From Priapulus caudatus (taxonomy: Eukaryota), in NCBI RefSeq assembly GCF_000485595.1, contig NW_014577069.1, positions 410,568-474,567 of the forward strand: DNA of 64,000 nt, written 5' to 3'. Under the pieces are notes generated by a model. The model was given only the letters and a program-made list of their open reading frames with translations. It was not told the origin of the DNA and made no database searches. Of the stretch, positions 56,746 to 64,000 are shown piece after piece. Position 1 is the first letter of the stretch. The number at the start of each line of letters is the position of its first letter. Position numbers and translations under genes: made by a program.

Positions 56746-59231
56746 CTTCCTCTCTACAGACGTGTCCACTTCTGATCTCACAATAGTCACTCCATTTTCT
56801 ATATATGTTGTCCGGCAACCTGACCAGTATTAGTCTAGTAGCTGTATAGACAGCAACGGCCCTTTTTTTTTACAGATTGCATGCACTACGGGTAAAATGT
56901 TTGGATATTTTCCCCAAGGTGATAGTTGGAGGGTATTCACACTCACTAGTTCTACGAAATGCGAGTTTCGTTATTTCTCAACTGTAATAACTTAATTGCA
57001 GCCACTGTTGATTAGACTTGTTTCGTATACGACTATGTCGTTAAAATATTCAAAAACGTTATTTGGTATATTATATTCACTTTGTGTATTAAAAATAGGA
57101 CCAAGTATGAAGTTTGGGAGCAGTTCGCATTGTTTTGAGGTACGGGGATGATTCCATGGGTAACCAGAGGAAGGGGATATATGGTTACCTATTGTAGGTA
57201 AACGTTGATATTATACTCTGTAACCTTTGCAACTGCCACTTTGTTAAACTGAATTGTTCCAATTTCCCAGACGCTTCTAGTAGCATGGTTATTAGTTTCA
57301 TATGTCAGTTGCACAAGACAAAATTTTGAACTCTTGACTGCTAGACAATTCTTGGATTTCAGGAGAGCTCGGTAAGAATATGTATAGAGACTACCAATAC
57401 TGCACATGCTGTAGCCACTTCTAATGCCAGTGCCAACTCTAGAAACAGCTGGTGCTGAGAACACGGACAATACCTAGCAAATAAGTTTGCACTTATTTAC
57501 CAAAGCAGCTCGGCATAGATATAGTGTTTGATGATCTACCATGAACTGTATACCAGGTATAGGTCAACCTTATAGTAAGTAGATCATGACAACCTAGTTT
57601 GCCATGAGACGTTGTTCTTCTTACTGTCAATGTGATCTCTCCAGGTTGTCAAGGCCAAGCAGGTGTGGTAACGGTTGTTATGAGAATGTCGTCTTTTCTA
57701 CCACAACGGTTAATATTGAGTTAGGAAATTCTCTAGTCAGCTCATGTTGCATAAGGATGTTATCTCTGATGTACTTACAGCTGGTAGGCCTCAAAAACAT
57801 ACTTTTTATAACCTGGGTCAGAAGGTTATAGCAACACATCTCAAGAACAAACGAGTTCAGTTTACTCCTAGCATGCTGCCAGCTAGGTGCAAAGTAAAAT
57901 CATTCAATTTTTAGAATGCGTTCTGATTTTAACAAGCCCTATACACATGCTGTATACCGTAATTGCTATACTGGTTATAACACTTAAATAATTGTATATA
58001 ATAGTGGGTATTATAAGGTATAATATAGAATTACTAGATACATTCCTGGACTAGATGTGTTATTAATATTCTTACCATGTTATTGTCATGTCAAATGCAC
58101 AGCATGTTCTTGGGAATTTGTAATTTCCATGATTAGCTTCATTATGCTTTTCCTTTTACAATGTGCATGTTCTCATTTTTCAGGTGCTACTATTTAAGAC
58201 TTTCAATGCATTCTTAAATCCTTGTGCATAATCTCACATCTGTTGTGTGCATTCAAAGAATATATGATATTTGTACGACACAAGTGTATTGATTTTGTTT
58301 TTACGTAACTAGAAAGTTCTATACTATTTTGTCAAACCTTGATATCAGAGTTGATTAAAAAGATTTAAGTAAATAATTGCGACCAAATAACTTAATATAT
58401 TTATTAATTAATTCACATCGTTATAAAAACTGAAACAACTTGAGAATTGAGTACTCGATCCTTATAGGGCTGCTGCTGAAACAACTTGAGAATTGAGTAC
58501 TCGATCCTTATAGGGCGGCTGCTATATGCTGCTGGGATGATATGTTGGTACTGCTGTCAGAGCTGAAACACTGTAAAACAATGGGTATAAGGAGTAGTCA
58601 TATATGATACAATATAGATATTCAGAAATTTGAAATTCAGTATAAAATAAATTGGTTAAACTGCGAGCATGAAATACGAACCATTTAAAAGGAAATGAAT
58701 GAAAAAAAACTTCACCCGTGTCCCATTAAAAGCTCTGTATAAAATAACTCGGGTGTAATAAATGTCCTGCAACACCACGGTGAAACGTGCCATGTATCTA
58801 AGGATCATCACGTGAAAATATAGATCAGTCCATATAAAAATATAATATAATATAATGTAATGTAATTAAGGATCATCACGTGAAAATATAGATCAGTCCA
58901 TATAAAAATATAATATAATATAATGATAATATAGTAGAAAGTTAATATAATATAATAGTAAATAATATAAGAAATATAATAGTCCATATAATTGAAAGGT
59001 CCATATGAATCAGTCCAGTGTTGCATCTGGAATATTACAGCAGATTGGTTGTATTTAAAACTAAACTACTTTTTAGAATATATTTCATATACTACAGTGC
59101 AGAGTGCAATGAATCTATATAATAAAGAGTATTTTATAGATATACTATATAAAGAGATTTTCAGATGCATTCCATAAATATCTAGAAATTCCAAAACATT
59201 AAAACTCTGTGCTGAATTGAAAATGTTTTAG

Positions 59232-61688
59232 TCAGTGTCTGCAGGTCTGTCTGATCATTTCAAAAACACCTGAAATCTGACACTTCTAATTTAGGGCTCA
59301 AAAATCACACCAAGGATGGTTTTTCTCAGGGGATACAAATTCCTAATACGTGTGGATGAGGCAGTTCAGACGTGACTAGATCTATTGCATGGAGTCAAAG
59401 ACACAAGTTCTATTGGTTAATAATAAAAACTTGCCCCTCAATGCTTGAACGACCGTTGTTGACCTGGTAATGTCTTTTTAGAATATTTATTAAATTTTCA
59501 TATACGAACTGCTTAGTAGGCCTATAGGGGAAACCGTTTAGATAGAGCAAATGCTGTTTGCAAGAAAAAGCACAAATGCCAGTATTCTGCAAGTTCCATG
59601 ACTTCTAAAAACAAAACCTGCTGCATCTGAAATTTGATACACCGTGAATGATTATAGTAAATACCTGCTGGTCTGACTGGATATAAGTAGGCCATCGGAC
59701 GTTTATCAACGTTGGCCGAAAATAGGAAGCCTGTACAACCACTGACTCCGCCCCACTCAGTAGAAAATAGCACCTGCAATAAATGAGAACATGTCACAAC
59801 ATCTCCTCCCACTCACAAACTACATTCCACAAAGTCACAAAGTCAAACATTACAATGTTACCTTCACTCGGCACTGGCTGCAAAATTTCTGTGCAGTTGC
59901 TACAAAACTGCTTTAAGACAGAGTGAACGGTCCACATTATCCAGCAGCAAGCATGATCCTACCACAAATTACTGTTTGAGCGAACTAGTATATGTCTTAG
60001 CTTTTGTACATCGTAGACTACATAGAAACACTGTTGGCCTAACTGTGACCAGTAGTTAGGTGATTTGCAAACGATACTAGATAAATGTTTAAGGTAGCTT
60101 TTAAGCCTGTTTATTGAGTTGTGCATTATAAATCGTAGGTAGGCTACTCTCACTTTGTACGAGTTGGCGTCCATGTTAAATGTGTCACCACAAAAACGCT
60201 AGTAGCGGCCACTGGCGTAAATTTAAGCAATAGCCCCAGTCACTCGCGCAGTAAGCATGTACTGGGTTACAGCATAGATGAATGCCAGTGAATGCCAACT
60301 TTTCCAATTTCCAGTGTTTCTTACTCCTCTCCTATTATTATTTACTCCAGCTATAATGTACCTTGGGAACGTGGGCAGCATCCTGGACTGGGCAGGGAGC
60401 AGGTAGAGTGCAGAGAAGCTGCGCCGTAGTGAGACTCCATGCTCTGGTGAAGCCATCTGTTCCAACTGCAACCCATTGTAAATGACACCATTCTACACTG
60501 TGCCCAATGTAATAGCTCTAAACTCGTACCGACGTGATAATTTATGCTTGGTTTGAGCTTGATACCTCTACGTTATACATTTAAGCAGTTGATGATATCG
60601 AGTCAATGGGTGGGGCGTAGCATTCATATAAATTATCGTGAGATTTCATCCAGTCTTTGACTAATTCTAAATTTTGGTCAACCTACATCACTATTGGTGG
60701 GTAAAGCTTAAAATATAAGAGCTAGATGGCACTGTATGGGCATAAACCTGCATAGACGATGTTGGCGGTGTCATCAACATGAAATGGCAGCCCATGGTAA
60801 TCGTTCTCATGGCCATGAAACTCTTGCATCACTTTCCGCATGCGAACATCCCAGCGTAGAATCTGAAATAGGACAAACCAGCCACTATTAAAGCCTGCTC
60901 ATTTACCATACCACGCATCTATTTAGTGGTCCAGTTGGGGGATATTACACATAAAAGAGATTAAGACATAACATAACATGGGCTATACTATTAACATATA
61001 CATACTATAGTACATATATATGTTCATGGCCAAACTGTACACTGGAGGCTACAACTGTGCGACAAAATACCACTACACAAATGGCCATAATACACTGCAG
61101 AAATCAAACATTCACACAAAAACTGTTGGACTTGATTAATGTAAAATTTCAACATCGAACGTATTAATGGCAGTTCCGTACTCCTCCATCATAGTCTCCT
61201 GTCAGTATATAGTTGGGATCTGGTTGCATTCTCATGCAGCATACGCCCACATTTGCTCCCTGGTACCTGTCCATAAAAACATTTGCCCTTTATACTGTGT
61301 CATCATTCATGTATTGTTGCCTTACATTACATCCAGGTACATCCTTTACCATTACAATGAAAAAATATGCTGACAACGTAAAACAGACGGAAACTGTAAT
61401 CTTATAGTCCTGAGTAACTGAAACTAAATCACTCTTCTAGTTCTACATTGTGTGACAGGCAGCTCTACACGATGCATCTTAATTGCTGGCTTATAAAATA
61501 CTTGTTTGAAATATATCATTACTTATTTTACATGTGGTAGTCAGTTTTCCTCAAACACATTTACATATCTTTAACATTATAAAATAGAGAATCGGTGGTT
61601 ATCCAGAGTTGTGTAGATGGGGCATCATGGTTTGGCTTGGTGCAGCTGGTTGAATCATCCTCACCTTAGCTGGCACACTGGCCTCTCA
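59232..61688 (-). CDS. DCAF4: DDB1- and CUL4-associated factor 4 (WDR21)-like WD40 protein, 5'-truncated by gap
   Basis: Exons 61665-61688 (partial), 61182-61266 (VCCMRMQPDPNYILTGDYDGG), 60748-60862 (ILRWDVRMRKVMQEFHGHENDYHGLPFHVD, WDxR motif), 60362-60465 (VGTDGFTRAWSLTTAQLLCTLPAP), 59665-59773 (VLFSTEWGGVSG); tentative last exon 59232-59269 (alternative: read-through to the stop at 59522). Collinear with the human DCAF4 C-terminus as recalled. Confidence 0.85.
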
Positions 61689-62330
61689 NNNNNNNNNNTA
61701 TGGGGGGCCATGGGGTAGCTTGGGTACAGCTGAGCAAGGTAGTTAGCATTTTTTTAGCCGAATTATTTTTGTTTATTTACTATATAATTACTATTATAGA
61801 AACCGTAGTAGAAGCGTAAAAACCGCTCAAGTGCATGTGACTAAGTAAGTGTTGTGCCACATCATATAGGTTCCTGACAATCTATGTCAGTTATATGTCA
61901 CGAATATACATATATACTCATAGAATGATGAACATATCACACCTTGTACTTTGAGTTTGAGGGCGCTGACATATTTGTCGTCCTCTTGTTTTGAGGAAAG
62001 TGCACGTGACTAAAGATGGCAGCGCCCATGAAAATTTGAAATTGTATGCTAGTCACTACTACTAGTACTATAGTAGTAGTACTAGTACTAGTACTACCCT
62101 TTATTAGATACATACTATACTCCTGTTAATTGTTCTAGCAGTTGCGAGTAAAAATAAGTAGGACTGGAAAATGTCCGGACAGTGCAAGGGGACAGTTGAC
62201 TATATCCTTAGCCTACAGACTACAGTGGGTGCACCGTGCAGTATAGCCTAAATCCGGTGGGCGTCTAGACAACAACCAGTGCTCACTCAAACCCCCCATA
62301 ACTTAGGGTTTGGCAGGGCATTAGTCTCAT

Positions 62331-62979
62331 AGGGTCTATGTCTCCCAGGGTACTATCGGAGGGTACCCTGGGTATGGTTCGATATATCGGAACGTACGTA
62401 TACCGTACCCTAGTAGTACTACTAGTACTAGTACTACTAGTACTAGTAGTAGTACCTAGTGTTGTCAATCGGTTGTGATTTCGTAATCGATCATCGGTTG
62501 GACCCAAGTAACCGATGATCGGTTACAATTGGTTACTCGGGGTGTTGAATGCCTGCGTGTGCGTAATGTCGTGTGCATGTACGTGTGTGCATGTATGTGC
62601 TTCTTTAGCCCTGTTTACTGTTTGTTTTACACTGTTTACTACTGTGTGTATAATACATGTACTGATTCTCATCACTTTTCCAAGTTTTCTTGTTCAAATT
62701 ATTTTTTTTGATGAAATCGATTATGGATTTTGATAACCAAGCGCTTGGTTCGAGCCACTGTTTAACCGATGATCTAGTATAATCGATGATCGTGACATCA
62801 CTACTAGTGACTATCTGATATGGTTAGGGTTAGGGTTAAGGAGTAGGTGACTCCCTAGACTCGTTAGTGGAGTAGGCGAGGTACGGTCCGGCATATTAGA
62901 TATAGTACCAGGGTACGTTCCGATATATCGAACCATACCCAGGGTATCCTCCGATAGTACCCTGGGGGACATAGACCCT
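62331..62979. mobile_element. (CCTAAC)n-MITE copy 2, interrupted by a hAT-like insertion at 62457-62803
   Basis: TIR AGGGTCTATGTC...GACATAGACCCT; the inner element has TAGTGTTGTCA / TGACATCACTA ends and many ATCGAT/AACCGAT motifs. Confidence 0.72.
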
Positions 62980-63400
62980 CTCAGCATTAATTAGCCCATT
63001 TGCCCTGCCCACTTTCGCAGTGTGTTGAGGGGTTGATGTTAGTTGATGTTACCCGCATGATTGTTAGGGGTCCACAAGTGCACTGAATGTCGTTTTAGGC
63101 AGAGTGGATTGTAGGATATACTATAGAGCCTATAATGCTTAGCTTGTAGTCTGACTTTAAATGTTTATGGTGGGTTTAGAATTGGATTAGAAAATTAATA
63201 GGGTTTCATGGATAGGGTGGTGATGACAATGATGACAATAACGGCGATGATGATGCTGATGATGATGTACCGGGGTCTCAAATTAGCCAGCCTATAGTTG
63301 TAGTCGCTGAACTGTAAGTGTGACCAAATGAGAGTGCAGTATACCTACGAGTGTGACTATATTGGACGTCTTTTGTTTTTTTGTCTGTAGTACGTACTAG

Positions 63401-63442
63401 CAGGAGTAAGATAATATAGGATCCTATATTATCTTACTCCTG
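63401..63442. mobile_element. 42-bp perfect palindrome, P-like, TSD GTACTAG/GTATTAG
   Basis: CAGGAGTAAGATAATATAGGATCCTATATTATCTTACTCCTG is its own reverse complement. Confidence 0.8.
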
Positions 63443-64000
63443 GTATTAGTAGTATTAGTACTATTTAAACTACTATACCTAGTACTTCTGCAACCAATGT
63501 GGAAAACTTCAACCGGTGATTTAAAGGGTATAGAATGGGAGATGGTAACATCGTAAACAACTTGCATTTTTTTGCAGCCCTAGAATAATTATGAGAATAT
63601 AATTAACATTGTATGACAAAACAATGTGTATAATTGACAGAATGTATAATCCTCAAATCTTGTAGCAGTGGTCGAATTTGACATGTTTCTAAAGTGATAT
63701 TTCCTGTTTTACTGTCAGTTTCCCAGATCAGTTTGGCATCAGCAGGAGACTATGTGATTCACTGTTAATTCTGCTATATGTTACATCAAATAAAAAAAAT
63801 CAAATGGGATACTGCTCTCAGTGTTTCAAACGTAATTTTCTGTAATATATTTATTTTGTGTATAAGATGATAATTTATGTCATTCAGATGGTTTTCGCTG
63901 TTGTCATGACTCTATTATTTCATGAATTTTGTGTATAATACAGAAATACACATCATGGCCATTTTCATCATGGGTTCTCTAAGAACCTCTTCTGTTTGCT

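Larger units (their letters stand above)
61699..64000. other. Second copy of the OVCA2/GALNT11 intergenic region, including a duplicate OVCA2 exon 1 (61943-61972, minus)
   Basis: 61699-62095 matches 50439-50871 and 63547-64000 matches 50897-51350, with scattered substitutions and small indels; begins exactly at gap 61689-61698. Confidence 0.9.

Noticed and set aside
57189..57882. Extra minus-strand exons (57779-57882 and the 93-aa ORF at 57189-57470)
   Set aside because: Splice-like signals exist, but phases only fit with an assumed frameshift and I recognise no homology; may be UTR. RNA-seq or tblastx would decide.
59854..59957. Additional DCAF4 exon
   Set aside because: Flanking exons 60362-60465 and 59665-59773 already join in frame and match the family without it.

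Overview
Eukaryotic (invertebrate, probably lophotrochozoan; inference) genomic scaffold with spliceosomal introns and six N-gaps. Four intron-containing genes were reconstructed by hand: (1) a 5'-partial puratrophin-1/PLEKHG4-like RhoGEF on + (end of Sec14-like region, spectrin-like repeats, DH-PH; 1567-44545), one exon of which lies inverted on the minus strand; (2) a complete 8-exon OVCA2/FSH1 serine hydrolase on - (46813-50749); (3) a complete 10-exon GALNT11-like GalNAc-transferase on + (51431-56745), head-to-head with OVCA2 and with a probable GC-AG intron; (4) the 3' half of a DCAF4/WDR21-like WD40 gene on - (about 59232-61688). The left 40 kb is rich in satellites, microsatellites and MITEs and carries a probable solo LTR. 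It also has several duplicated or inverted blocks with dense 1-bp indels that look like raw long-read gap fill or alternate haplotypes rather than biology. The most striking unexplained signal is about 12 tiny (38-94 bp) palindromes with CA(G/A/T)G(A/G)G...C(T/C)C(C/T)TG ends and 7-8 bp target-site duplications. One has an empty allele inside the window and four are nested three levels deep. They resemble P-superfamily transposon excision footprints or ultra-short P-type MITEs. Almost all long ORFs in the supplied track over 1-33 kb are repeat artefacts.
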